Under the pieces are notes generated by a model, which saw only the letters and a program-made list of their open reading frames with translations, made no database searches and was not told the origin of the DNA. This document shows, piece after piece, positions 1 to 9,634 of a stretch of DNA of 64,000 nucleotides (position 1 is its first letter; every line of letters starts with the position of its first letter). The DNA comes from a bacterium (lineage in GTDB: Bacteria; UBA8248; JACPRG01; G963555815): the NCBI GenBank assembly GCA_965261595.1, contig CBDHDG010000005.1, positions 672,001 through 736,000 on the forward strand, in the 5' to 3' direction. The position numbers and the translations under genes are program-made.

Positions 1-2
1 TC

Positions 3-833
3 AAGGAGCTGGGCCTACTCGACGACTACACCCTCTTCGTCATCGGGACGGTCATGGAGGAGGACCTCGACGGCTACGGCCTCCAGTTCGCCATCGAGAA
101 GTCGCTCCCCAAGCTGGACGGCGTGTGCCTGGGCGAGCCCACGAACATGGGCGTCTACCGGGGTCACCGGGGGCGGATGGAGATCAGCGTCCGGGCCGGT
201 GGAAAATCCTGCCACGCCTCCGCGCCCGAGCGCGGCGTGAACCCGATCTATAAGATGGGGCCGCTTGTTAACGCGATCGAGAAGCTCAACCGGCGGCTGA
301 AGCCCGACCCTTTTCTTGGCAAAGGCACGGTGGCGGTGACGAAGATCGATTGCTCGACCCCCTCCCTCAACGCCGTGGCGGACGAGTGCGTCATCTACCT
401 GGATCGCCGTCTGACGGCCGGCGAAAGCGCCAAGAGCTCGATCGCCGAGATCAAGGCCCTCAAAGAGGCGAAGGGAATGAAGGTCGGGATCCTGGACTAC
501 GAGACCCGGAGCTATACCGGACAGAAGGTCGAGACGGACAAATACTTCCCGACGTGGGTGCTTCCCGAAAGCCACGCCCTCGTCCGGGCGGGCGCGGACG
601 CGGCGCGACAGGTCCTGGGCCGCAAGCCCCGCATCGGTCGGTGGGTCTTCAGCACAAACGGGGTGTCGAGCATGGGGCGCCTCGGTGTGCCCACGATCGG
701 CTTCGGCCCCGGCAACGAGATTGTGGCCCACTCGGCCAAGGAGTACATCGAGATCTCCCACCTGGTGAACGCGATGGCCTTCTACGCGGCGTTCCCGGGG
801 TCCTATCTCAAGGTCAAGGGCGATAAGGTTTAA
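3..833 (+). CDS. ygeY: YgeY-family M20 metallohydrolase (5' partial, runs off the window)
   Basis: The frame is open from the window start: ...TLFVIGTVMEED.DG..., GEPT, YRGHRGRMEI, SCHASAPERGVN, W.FSTNGV, IGFGPG.E..AH. These match YgeY-type M20 motifs, and the next gene is YgeW-like. Confidence 0.85.
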   Translation, partial: KELGLLDDYTLFVIGTVMEEDLDGYGLQFAIEKSLPKLDGVCLGEPTNMGVYRGHRGRMEISVRAGGKSCHASAPERGVNPIYKMGPLVNAIEKLNRRLKPDPFLGKGTVAVTKIDCSTPSLNAVADECVIYLDRRLTAGESAKSSIAEIKALKEAKGMKVGILDYETRSYTGQKVETDKYFPTWVLPESHALVRAGADAARQVLGRKPRIGRWVFSTNGVSSMGRLGVPTIGFGPGNEIVAHSAKEYIEISHLVNAMAFYAAFPGSYLKVKGDKV

Positions 834-859
834 TGGAGAGGAGGGTCTGGACGACACAG

Positions 860-1162
860 TTCCCAGGGGGGCTTTTTTGAAAAACCGCCCCCCTGGCACC
901 CCCCGAAAAACTTTCTGCGGCCAAGCCTGAAGGCTTGGCCTTACCTGGGGTGGGCGTGGGGTTGGCTGAAGCGATTGTCTGTGGCCTGCGGGTGGTGTTC
1001 GTCTTTGTCCGGATGCCCGTCCGTCTTCGACGGCCGCAGCATCCGGCCAAGGCGCCAGTTTCTTGCGATAGCGTGCGGCCCATAGGGCCGCACGCTATCG
1101 CGAAATGAAAGTTTTCGAGGGGGGTTCCAGGGGGGACAGTTTCCAAAATATTCCCCCTGGAA
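860..1162. repeat. Palindromic intergenic element: imperfect ~55-bp inverted repeats flanking a perfect 17-bp hairpin
   Basis: 860-915 and 1107-1162 are imperfect reverse complements, each containing a CCAGGGGG...CCCCCTGG stem. 1065-1081 and 1085-1101 form a perfect stem (GCGATAGCGTGCGGCCC) with loop ATA. Confidence 0.75.
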
Positions 1163-1201
1163 GATTGGTTCCGTATCTGAAAAGAGGATGGGAAAACAGC
1201 C

Positions 1202-2209
1202 ATGAAAACGAACATGACAGGGAAGGATTACATCTCCACGCAGGACTGGTCGGAGCAGGAGATCGAGACAGCCTTGCAAGTCTCGGATTACCTGAAAATG
1301 AAGATGGCCCTGGGCGAGCCTCACCGGCTTTTGGCCGACAAGACGCTCTTCATGATTTTCTTCGACAAATCCACCCGGACGCGGAACTCTTTCGAGGCGG
1401 GCATCACGCAGCTCGGCGGCCACGCCCACAACCTCACCCCGGACATGATGCAGATCTCCCACGGCGAAAGCCCCCAGGACACGGGGATCATCCTCTCCAG
1501 CTACGGCCACGGCATCGCCATCCGGCACGATTTGGTTCCGGGCGAGGGGGCCTCGTATATCCGGGAAATCGCGGAGCATGCCTACGTGCCGGTCATCAGC
1601 ATGCAGGACGACGTCGACCACCCCTGCCAGACCCTGGCCGACCTGATGACGATCCGCGAGCAGTTCGGCCGGAACCTGCGGGGTCTCAAGATCGCCGTCT
1701 CCTGGGCCTACGCCCCCAGCTACGCCAAGCCCATGAGCGTCCCCCAGGGCTTAATTCTCCTGATGACCCGATTCGGGATGGATGTCACCCTGGCGCACCC
1801 GCCCGAGTACGATCTCATGTCGCCGGTCCTGGAGCAGGCCCGGGCCAACGCCGAGGCGCATGGAACGAAGTTCGAGGTGACCGACGACATGGACGCCGCC
1901 TTCGAGGGGGCGCACGTCGTCTACCCCAAGAGCTGGGGGATCGAGTCCCTTTTCCATAAGCCCGAAGAGGCCTTGGAGATCAGCAAGAAGCACAAGGACT
2001 GGATTTGCGACGAGCGGCGGATGGGCCTGGCCGACAAGCGGAGCCGCTACATGCACTGCCTCCCGGCGGACCGGGGAAGCGAGGTGACGGACGCGGTCAT
2101 CGACGGCCCGCATTCGGTCGTGTTCGACGAGGCCGAGAACCGCCTTCATACGGCCAAGGCCCTGATGGCCCTCACGATGGGCGGCGGCCGGCCGTTCGAG
2201 GAGCGGTAG
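1202..2209 (+). CDS. Carbamoyltransferase, YgeW-like (OTCase fold)
   Basis: STRTR, HPCQ and HCLP motifs. The segment SWAYAPSYAKPMSVPQG is characteristic of YgeW. Confidence 0.85.
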   Translation: MKTNMTGKDYISTQDWSEQEIETALQVSDYLKMKMALGEPHRLLADKTLFMIFFDKSTRTRNSFEAGITQLGGHAHNLTPDMMQISHGESPQDTGIILSSYGHGIAIRHDLVPGEGASYIREIAEHAYVPVISMQDDVDHPCQTLADLMTIREQFGRNLRGLKIAVSWAYAPSYAKPMSVPQGLILLMTRFGMDVTLAHPPEYDLMSPVLEQARANAEAHGTKFEVTDDMDAAFEGAHVVYPKSWGIESLFHKPEEALEISKKHKDWICDERRMGLADKRSRYMHCLPADRGSEVTDAVIDGPHSVVFDEAENRLHTAKALMALTMGGGRPFEER

Positions 2210-2280
2210 TAGGGGGGGGGGGGGGTGAATACGCCCTCGGGTTCTTTCTTAACGGATCCTTTGAAGCGGGAGAGCGTCTC

Positions 2281-3384
2281 ATGACTTTATCCGTCAGCGT
2301 TCTGGGAGCGGGGGCCGGGGGGTTGTCGATCTCGGCGGACCTCTCCCGGGCCGGTCACCGGGTGACCCTGTTCGAAGCGGCGCGGTTCAAGGAGAACCTC
2401 GAGCCCATCCGTAAGCAAGGGGGCGTCTTCCTGATCGAGGGGGACGCCCAAGGGGAGGTTGTCCCCCTGGCCGGGGTGACGTCTGATCCCGGCCGGGCCG
2501 TCCGGGGGGCGGAGGTTGTGATCATCGTCGTCCCCTGTTTCGGCCATGAATGGTTCGCGAACACCTTTCTCCCCCGCCTCAACAGGGATCAGCTTGTCGT
2601 TTTCATGGGGGAAGGGGGGGGCGCCCTCGTCTTCCATGCGGTCAGGAAGAAGCTCGGAAAGGGGAAGGGCATTGTCGTCGGAGAGACGAACACCCTGCCC
2701 TATTCCGCCCGGATCACGGGTCCCGGCGCCGCAAACATCCGGGTCAAAAAAAGGGGGGGCGTGATCGCGGCGGCCCTGCCGGCGTCGGAGAACAACAACC
2801 TCCTGTCGGCCGTCCATGCGCTTTATCCGAACATCCGCCCCGCGACGAATGTCCTGGAGACCGTCCTGGTCAACTTCAACGCCATCGACCACGTGGCCAC
2901 GGTCCTGGCCAACGCCGGCCATCTGGAGAGCCGGACGACGAACATGCTCCTGTGGGGAGAGGGCGCGACGCCCTCGGTCGCGCGGTGCATCGAGACGGTG
3001 GACAACGAGATCCTGGCGATCCGGGGGGCATTGGGGTTCAAAGACCGGACGCCCTACCGCCACTGGTTGTTCGAACAGGGATTCCTCGCGAAGAAGCGGC
3101 GCACCACGTATGAGGCCATCCACGCCAGCGCCCTCGCCTCGAGCCGGTACCCGTGCGGCCCGGACGCCTTGAAAACCCGGTACGTGACCGAGGACGTGCC
3201 TTATTCCCTCGTCCTGATCTCTTCCATCGCCCGGGTGGCCGGGGTGGATGTCCCCCTGATCGACGGGCTGATCGCGATGGCGTCGGCGATGAACGGTGTA
3301 GACTACCGCGCGAAGGGGAGGACACTCGAAAAGCTGGGCGTCCGCGCGAAGGGGCCGAGAGAGCTTCTGGCGGCCGTCGGCTAG
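2281..3384 (+). CDS. Opine (octopine/nopaline) dehydrogenase family protein
   Basis: GAGAGG Rossmann motif, ETNTLPY, RYVTEDVPYSLV, and a C-terminal GRTLEKLG. The start is placed at ATG 2281 rather than the longer ORF-track start. Confidence 0.85.
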   Translation: MTLSVSVLGAGAGGLSISADLSRAGHRVTLFEAARFKENLEPIRKQGGVFLIEGDAQGEVVPLAGVTSDPGRAVRGAEVVIIVVPCFGHEWFANTFLPRLNRDQLVVFMGEGGGALVFHAVRKKLGKGKGIVVGETNTLPYSARITGPGAANIRVKKRGGVIAAALPASENNNLLSAVHALYPNIRPATNVLETVLVNFNAIDHVATVLANAGHLESRTTNMLLWGEGATPSVARCIETVDNEILAIRGALGFKDRTPYRHWLFEQGFLAKKRRTTYEAIHASALASSRYPCGPDALKTRYVTEDVPYSLVLISSIARVAGVDVPLIDGLIAMASAMNGVDYRAKGRTLEKLGVRAKGPRELLAAVG

Positions 3385-3397
3385 CCGAAGGGAGGAC

Positions 3398-3904
3398 GTG
3401 ATGAGCGAGCACGATAAGTTCATGGCGATTGCCATGGAAGAAGCCCTGGCCGGGGTGAAAGAGGGCGAACAGCCTTTCGGGGCGTGCGTCGTCCGCGACG
3501 GCGAGGTCATCTGCAGGGCGCACAGCATCAAAGTGAATACGCACAACATCACCGCCCACGCGGAAACCCGGGCGGTCGGATTGGCCACCGAGGCCTTGAA
3601 GATCAACAGCCTCGCCGGCTGCACGTTCTATTCGGTCTGCGAGCCCTGTCCGATGTGCTGCGGGGCGATCCTGAACTCTCAGGTCTCCGCCCTCGTCCTG
3701 GGCGCGCGCCTCGCCAATTTGAAAAATTTCTCCGGGGATCAATTCAGCTCCGGCCAGTATGACGGCGGGACCTTCGACTTTCACGAATACTCCGCCGAGC
3801 GCTTGGCGGAACTTGTCGGATCGAAGATCCAAGTTATCGAGGGCGTCATGGAAGAGGAGTGCGAGAACCTCTACCGGAACGCTCAAGGCAAGCTCAGCCG
3901 GTAA
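3398..3904 (+). CDS. Zn-dependent nucleoside/nucleobase deaminase (guanine deaminase/TadA-like)
   Basis: PFGA, HAE and EPCPMC motifs, with a GGAGG RBS upstream. Confidence 0.85.
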   Translation: MMSEHDKFMAIAMEEALAGVKEGEQPFGACVVRDGEVICRAHSIKVNTHNITAHAETRAVGLATEALKINSLAGCTFYSVCEPCPMCCGAILNSQVSALVLGARLANLKNFSGDQFSSGQYDGGTFDFHEYSAERLAELVGSKIQVIEGVMEEECENLYRNAQGKLSR

Positions 3905-4101
3905 TGGGCGGCGTTCGGCCGGATTCGTGACGCCCCGGACGGACGCCGGCTATGCCCCCGCCAAGCATTGACCGGACGCCGGCAAGGGACCATCGGCCCT
4001 CGCCGGTGTTCGGAATCCCTCCATCAAACCAACGGTATGCTGTAGGATCAAATTCCGTTAACTGACAATGACATCAGGACCTCGGAGGCGGGAGACCTGA
4101 C

Positions 4102-5561
4102 ATGCCAAAGGGTGGCCGCCGTTCCGGGGCGAAGATTCTCGAAGCGCCCTACATCGTGACGATGGACGCGCAAAGGAGGGTTCTCAAGGGGGGAGCGCTC
4201 CTGGTGGAAGGGAACGCCATCTCCGCCGTCGGCTCTCGGGATGAGCTTTGGTCCCGGGCTCCCGGAGCGGAGCGCCTCGTCTTCGACCGGCATGTCCTCC
4301 TCCCCGGATTCATCGACTGCCACGAGCACGCGAGCCAGATGCTGGGCCGGGGGTTGGCGGACGATGTGGACGAGGTCACGGTCCGTTGGGGTTGGGACCG
4401 GATTTATCCGTGGGAGGCGATTCTGGAAGAGGAAGACGTCTACACGGGGGCCCTTCTCACGGCGGTGGAGCTGGTCCGGAACGGCGTCACGTGCTTCGCC
4501 GATCCGGGCGGGTTCCTGATGGACCCGGTGGCGAAGGCGGTCGCGGATCCGGCATCCGGGCCGTGCTCTCCGTGGGCGGGCTGGATACGTGGTCCGAGGG
4601 ATTCCCGCTTCCGGCGTCGGTCCTTCACGAAGATCCCGCCGGGTGGGCGCTTGGCGCCTCCGAGAGACTGATTGAAGATTGGCACGGCGCCCGGGGGGAT
4701 CGGGTCCGGTGCGGTTACAGCATTCGCGTATTGATGAACGCCTCGGAAGCCTTTGTCCTCGAGGTGGGGAGGCGGGCCCGGGAGCGCGGCCTCACCGTGC
4801 AGATTCATCTGGCCGTTTCACAAAGCCGGGTCCAGTGGGTGATCGATCAGACGGGTCGAAGGCCCGTGGAGTATCTCGACAGCCTGGGAATCCTCGGTCC
4901 GAACTGGATCCTGACCCATATGGGTTGGGTGGACGAGAGCGAGCTCCCGATTCTCAAGGATCGGGATGTCAAGGTCTGTCACTCCCCCGGCTCGTCCATG
5001 CACAACGCCCGGGGCGCCGTCAGCCGGGGCAAGTTCCCCGAGATGGCGGACCTGGGAATCTCGCTCTGCCTTGCGAGCGATGCCGCGGCCTGCAACAACA
5101 GTCTCGACATGTTCCGGGCGATGCACCTCACGTGCCTGGCGCACAAGGAGGCGCGGTTGAGATTGGACCTCTTCCCGCCCGAGACCGTCCTGGAAATGGC
5201 GACCCTGGGGGGGGCCAAGGCGCTGCTGTGGGAGGACGCGATCGGCTCCCTGGTGCCGGGGAAGCGGGCCGACCTCATCGCGGTGGACCTGCACAGGCCC
5301 AACCTGAGCCCGTTCTACGATTTTTCCTTGATCCCCAACCTGGTCTATTCGGGAGACGGGGCGAACGTCGCCTTCACCATGGTGGACGGACAGATCCTGA
5401 TGCGGGACCGGAAAATCCTGTTCACCGATGAAGACGCCCTCGTTTCGCGGGCCCAGGCCATCGGCTCGCGGCTGCTGGAGAAGGTTCCCTTTCGAATCGA
5501 GCCTCGATGGCCCTTCATCGACGCTGGGGGTTCGAGCCGGGCCGGAGCGTCGGCGGGATGA
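4102..5561 (+). pseudogene. Amidohydrolase (MTA/SAH deaminase, AtzB/SsnA-like), frameshifted at ~4548
   Basis: The N-half (PGFIDCHEH) is in ORF 4102-4671. The C-half (QIHLA, LASD, GSLVPGKRADLI) is in ORF 4248-5561. One base is missing at GATCCGGC. This could be a sequencing error. Confidence 0.75.
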
Positions 5562-5658
5562 CGGGACCCCGGGGGATCGCCGAGGGGGATGCGAATGATC
5601 GGGCGGAGGATCCGGCATCGCCCTTTCCCCGTGAGCCCCTGACAGAGGAGCCCGCGAT

Positions 5659-6705
5659 TTGATTTTCGGAATTCGGCTTCCGCCGTGCGCGACTCCCCAG
5701 AGGGTGGCCGAGAGCGCGGCCCTGGCCGAGGAATGCGGGTTCGATTTCGTGTGGACGATGGATTCCCAGCTTCTCGCCTGGCGTCTGATGGACCCCTTTG
5801 TTTGCCTTTCGGCCTGCGCCCGGACGACCCGGCGGGTCAAGCTCGGCATCGCCGTGTGCAATCCGTTCACCCGCCATCCCGCGGCGACCGCGTGCGGGAT
5901 GGTCTCGCTGGATCAGCTTTCCGGGGGGAGGTCCGTTCTCGGGATGGGGACCGGCGGGAGCGCGCTGCGGACCATCGGGAGCCCCCTGGACAAGATGGAG
6001 GGCACGCACACGCAGCGGCGGAAGGTCCTGAGGGAATCGGTGATCTTCTTGAAATCGCTGTTCTCCGGCGAGGAGTGCGCCTTTCAGGGCGTGCCGATGA
6101 AACTGGATGTTCCCCTGCCGACGATTCCCGTCTATGTCTCCGCCTCGGGTCCGAAGATGCTCGAGTTGGCGGGAGAGCTGGCCGACGGGATCATCATTCA
6201 GTCCGGGATCGACCGGCGGTGCGTGGAGTCCGCGCTGGGTCACATCGAGAAGGGCGCCCGGAAGGCGGGGCGGTCTCTCGAAGAAATCGATCTCGTCGCC
6301 TAGACGTTTTGCTCCCTGGACGAAGACCGGGAGCTCGCCGTGGCCCGAGGGAAGCCCCTGGCGGCCTGGTTCTACGCGGCCGCGCCGCACCTGGTCGAGC
6401 TGGCCGGAGTCAAGGTGTCCCAGCGGCAGCCCGCAGTCAAGGTGTTCCCCGACTTGTTCCATCCGCTCGATATCGAGGAGGCCATGGAGGCCGCCGCGTT
6501 CATTCCGGATGAAGCGGTGGAACGGTTATGCCTGGTGGGGAGGCCGGACGAGGCGCTCGCCCGCGTCCGCGAGCTCGAGTCACCCGGCATCACGCAGGTG
6601 TTCTTGCGGAACTACAGCACGTACACCCTCCCCGATGACCTGATTCGTCCCTTCGGGAAGCACGTCATTCAACCGATGAAGGGTCTCTCGGCGCCGACTG
6701 GCTGA
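5659..6705 (+). pseudogene. LLM-class (Mer-like) flavin/F420-dependent oxidoreductase with an in-frame TAG at 6301-6303
   Basis: AEECGFDFVW, NPFTRHP, LSGGRSVLGMGTG and GPKMLELAGELADG motifs. The same frame continues after the TAG (TFCSLDEDRE...) to 6705. Confidence 0.75.
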
Positions 6706-6734
6706 GCCGCGGGCCTGTCGCAAGGGGAATCGTC

Positions 6735-7933
6735 TTGCCGTTCTTCAAGCTTCTTCAGGGAGCGACGCTCTTTGGACCCTCGGAAATGGGACAGGGAGAC
6801 GTCCTGATCGCGGGAGAAAAGATCGCGGAGGTTTCGCCGGACCTGGGTCCGTTCGCCTCTTTGCCCGGGATCGAGGTCGTGGACCTGAAGGGAAGGGTTC
6901 TCACGCCGGGCTTCGTCGATCCCTATGTCCACATTTTTGGAGGCGGCGGGGGTGGCGGGTTTCAGACCCGCGGCCCCGAGTTGTTCCTGAGCGAGATCAC
7001 CTCGGCCGGAACCACGACCGTCGTCGGCGTCATCGGGACGGACGGAGTTACGAGAGACCTGACCGCCTTGTTGGCCAAGGCCCACGCGCTCGAAGAAGAG
7101 GGGATCACGACGCATCTCTGGAGCGGCGCCTATTTCTATCCTCCGCCCACCTTCACGGGATCGGCGTGGAGGGACCTGGTCCTGATCGAGAAGGTCCTGG
7201 GCGTGGGGGAGGTCGCCATCTCGGACGTTCGCTCGACCGAACCCACAATCCAGGAATTGACGCGTCTCGTGTCCGAGGCCCGGATGGGCGGCCGTCTGGC
7301 CGGAAAGCCGGGTTTGCTTCATTTGCACGTGGGCCCGGGGAAGGCGGGGTTGAAGCCCCCCTGTTCGAGGTCTGCGAAGGAAGCGAGGCGCCGATCACGC
7401 AGCTCTTCCCGACGCATCTGAATCGCACCCGGAAACTCCTGGAAGATGCGGCAAAGTTCGCGAAAGCGGGAGGGTTCATCGATCTGACGGCCTCCTTCAC
7501 GCCGGCCCGGGGTTTTCCGGCGTCCGTCCCCGCCGCCGAAGCCCTGGTCTATCTGCGGGAGGAAGGGGTCCCTCTCGATCGCGTCACACTCAGCACGGAC
7601 GGCAACGGCATCTTCATTCCGGAAGGCGACCGGGATTTCATCAAATGGCCTCTTTCCGCCCTCCACGAGCAGTTCCGTGAGGCCGTGACGGAAAGGGATC
7701 TGCCGATCCCCGACGTTCTTGCCACCATCACCGAGAACACGGCGAAGGTCCTGGGGCTCTATCCCGGGAAGGGGAGCCTCACCGCCGGGGCGGACGCGGA
7801 TCTGGTGATCCTCGATGGGGATCTTCAAATCGAGGGGGTCTACGCCCGAGGGAGAAAGATGGTGGAGGATGGGAAGCCGGTGATCTTCGGGCGGTTCGAG
7901 GCTGGGACGGATAAGGCGAAGGGACCAGAGTAG
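6735..7933 (+). pseudogene. iadA: Isoaspartyl dipeptidase (IadA)-like amidohydrolase, frameshifted in the C6 run at 7356-7361
   Basis: GGGG.GGF.TR.PE, GTTTVVGVIGTDG, GEVAISD, PTHLNR and STDGNG motifs. The two halves are in different frames. Confidence 0.7.
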
Positions 7934-8198
7934 TCCCTCGGCAAGTTGCTGAGAACTTCTTTTGGGTGCTAGGGGTGACCGTTGTCCCCGGCGGAGTGGA
8001 GAACCTTTTTAGGGGGATAAAAGGTGTCCTCCTCCCCGGGGAAAGAAAGCGTTTCTTCGCGACCCCCCATTTGGATAGAATGGATGTGCGTCATCGAAAC
8101 TGGGACTCTGGGAGCGGAGGCTCCCGGGACGAAGGAGTTCCGCGTGTGTTGACGACCGTTTCTCCTCACGCCGCGACCGGGTTGGGATAGGAGAGAGC

Positions 8199-9563
8199 AT
8201 GGCAAAAGACCTGCGGAGTTTCCTCGCTCATATCAAGGACCGAATCCTTTACATTCAAAAGCCCGCCGATCCACTTACGGAAATGGGCGGCATCTGTCAG
8301 CTTGTCGAGCAACCCGTCCTGTTTGAAAATGTCAAGGGCTATGAAGGGTGGAAGGTGGTCGACAGACTGTTCGCGTCACGGGAACTCGTGGCGCTTGCGG
8401 CGGGAGTTCCCTTTGACGGGATGCTCGAGCACCTGCGGGACAAATGGCTCCGACCGCCTGCCCACGAAGCAGTGACAGTGGACCACGCCCCCGTCAAGGA
8501 GAGAGTCGCCAAGGGCAAAGAGGTGGATCTGGAGTCCCTTCCCGTGGTCGTTTCCTCGCCCAAGGATTCCGGCCGCTTCCTTTCTGCGGCGCATCTGGTC
8601 TCAGTGAATCCCGAGACGGGCGACCTCAACGCTGCCTTCAGCCGGACCGAGTTGAAGGGCAAGAACCTCATCTCGTCTGGCCTCTTCCGACCCGATACGC
8701 TGCGAAACGTTACCCTGCACAAAGAACAGGGCCAGAAAACGATGCCTATTGCCCTTTGCATAGGCCACCATCCCGCCTTCGATCTCTCGGCTTCGGCCAG
8801 CTTCAATCACCCCGGCTACTCCGAGCACGAGATGACCGGAAATCTCTTGGGGGAGCCGGTCGAGCTGACCCAGTGCGAGACTGTGAATCTCAAGGTGCCG
8901 GCGCATGCGGAGATTGTGATCGAGGCCGAGATGGACCTCACCCAACACGTCCCGAACGGTCCGTTCGGGGAATACACGATTCACTATGGCTATGACGCAA
9001 ACGGCTATGGTTCCCGGGTGACCGCCATCCTCCGGCGCGAGGACGCAATCTATCGCCACCTCAACGCGACCCGGTTTACCGATCATCAGGTTCTGACAGG
9101 GATACCCCACGCGGTGCAGATCTACACTGACCTCATCAGCAAGGGGCATCAGGTCCACGACGTGGATTTTCCACCCTACGGGAGCCGCTTGCTCCTTGTG
9201 ATCAAGGCTACGCCGCGCTATGACGGGGAAGCCCGGGATATGTTCCTCACTGCCTGCGCCCGCAACGCCGTCGCCAAGTTCGTCGTCATTGTCGATGACG
9301 ACGTCGACATCGATGACCCCCGAGACATCTTCAATGTCTTGGCGACGAACGCGGACCCGGTGGAGAACCTGATGACGTTGGAGGGACTTCCCAGCAACGC
9401 TTTGAACCCGACGGCCAGGGATCGAACCAGCCCGTACACGTGCACGGGTCCCAAGATCCTGATCGACGCGACGCGGGGCTCGACGATGGGCCGGCCGGAG
9501 CGGCGCATGGAGATGGAGCGGATTGGTTTTTGGCCGAGGATTAACCTAGAGGATTTCCTGTAG
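8199..9563 (+). CDS. UbiD-family prFMN-dependent (de)carboxylase
   Basis: DLRSFL, PVLFENVKG, VPAHAEIVIE, GPFGEY, VIVDDDVDIDDP and IDAT motifs. Confidence 0.88.
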   Translation: MAKDLRSFLAHIKDRILYIQKPADPLTEMGGICQLVEQPVLFENVKGYEGWKVVDRLFASRELVALAAGVPFDGMLEHLRDKWLRPPAHEAVTVDHAPVKERVAKGKEVDLESLPVVVSSPKDSGRFLSAAHLVSVNPETGDLNAAFSRTELKGKNLISSGLFRPDTLRNVTLHKEQGQKTMPIALCIGHHPAFDLSASASFNHPGYSEHEMTGNLLGEPVELTQCETVNLKVPAHAEIVIEAEMDLTQHVPNGPFGEYTIHYGYDANGYGSRVTAILRREDAIYRHLNATRFTDHQVLTGIPHAVQIYTDLISKGHQVHDVDFPPYGSRLLLVIKATPRYDGEARDMFLTACARNAVAKFVVIVDDDVDIDDPRDIFNVLATNADPVENLMTLEGLPSNALNPTARDRTSPYTCTGPKILIDATRGSTMGRPERRMEMERIGFWPRINLEDFL

Positions 9564-9634
9564 CTGTTCCTGAGTGCATTTTCACCCGCATGGGTTTGGA
9601 AGGTGGGGTCCATCGCCGATGGGGATTAGGGTAG

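Noticed and set aside
2212..2225. Poly-G tract as a phase-variation switch
   Set aside because: It is intergenic with no evident promoter context, and its length is unreliable in homopolymer-prone data.
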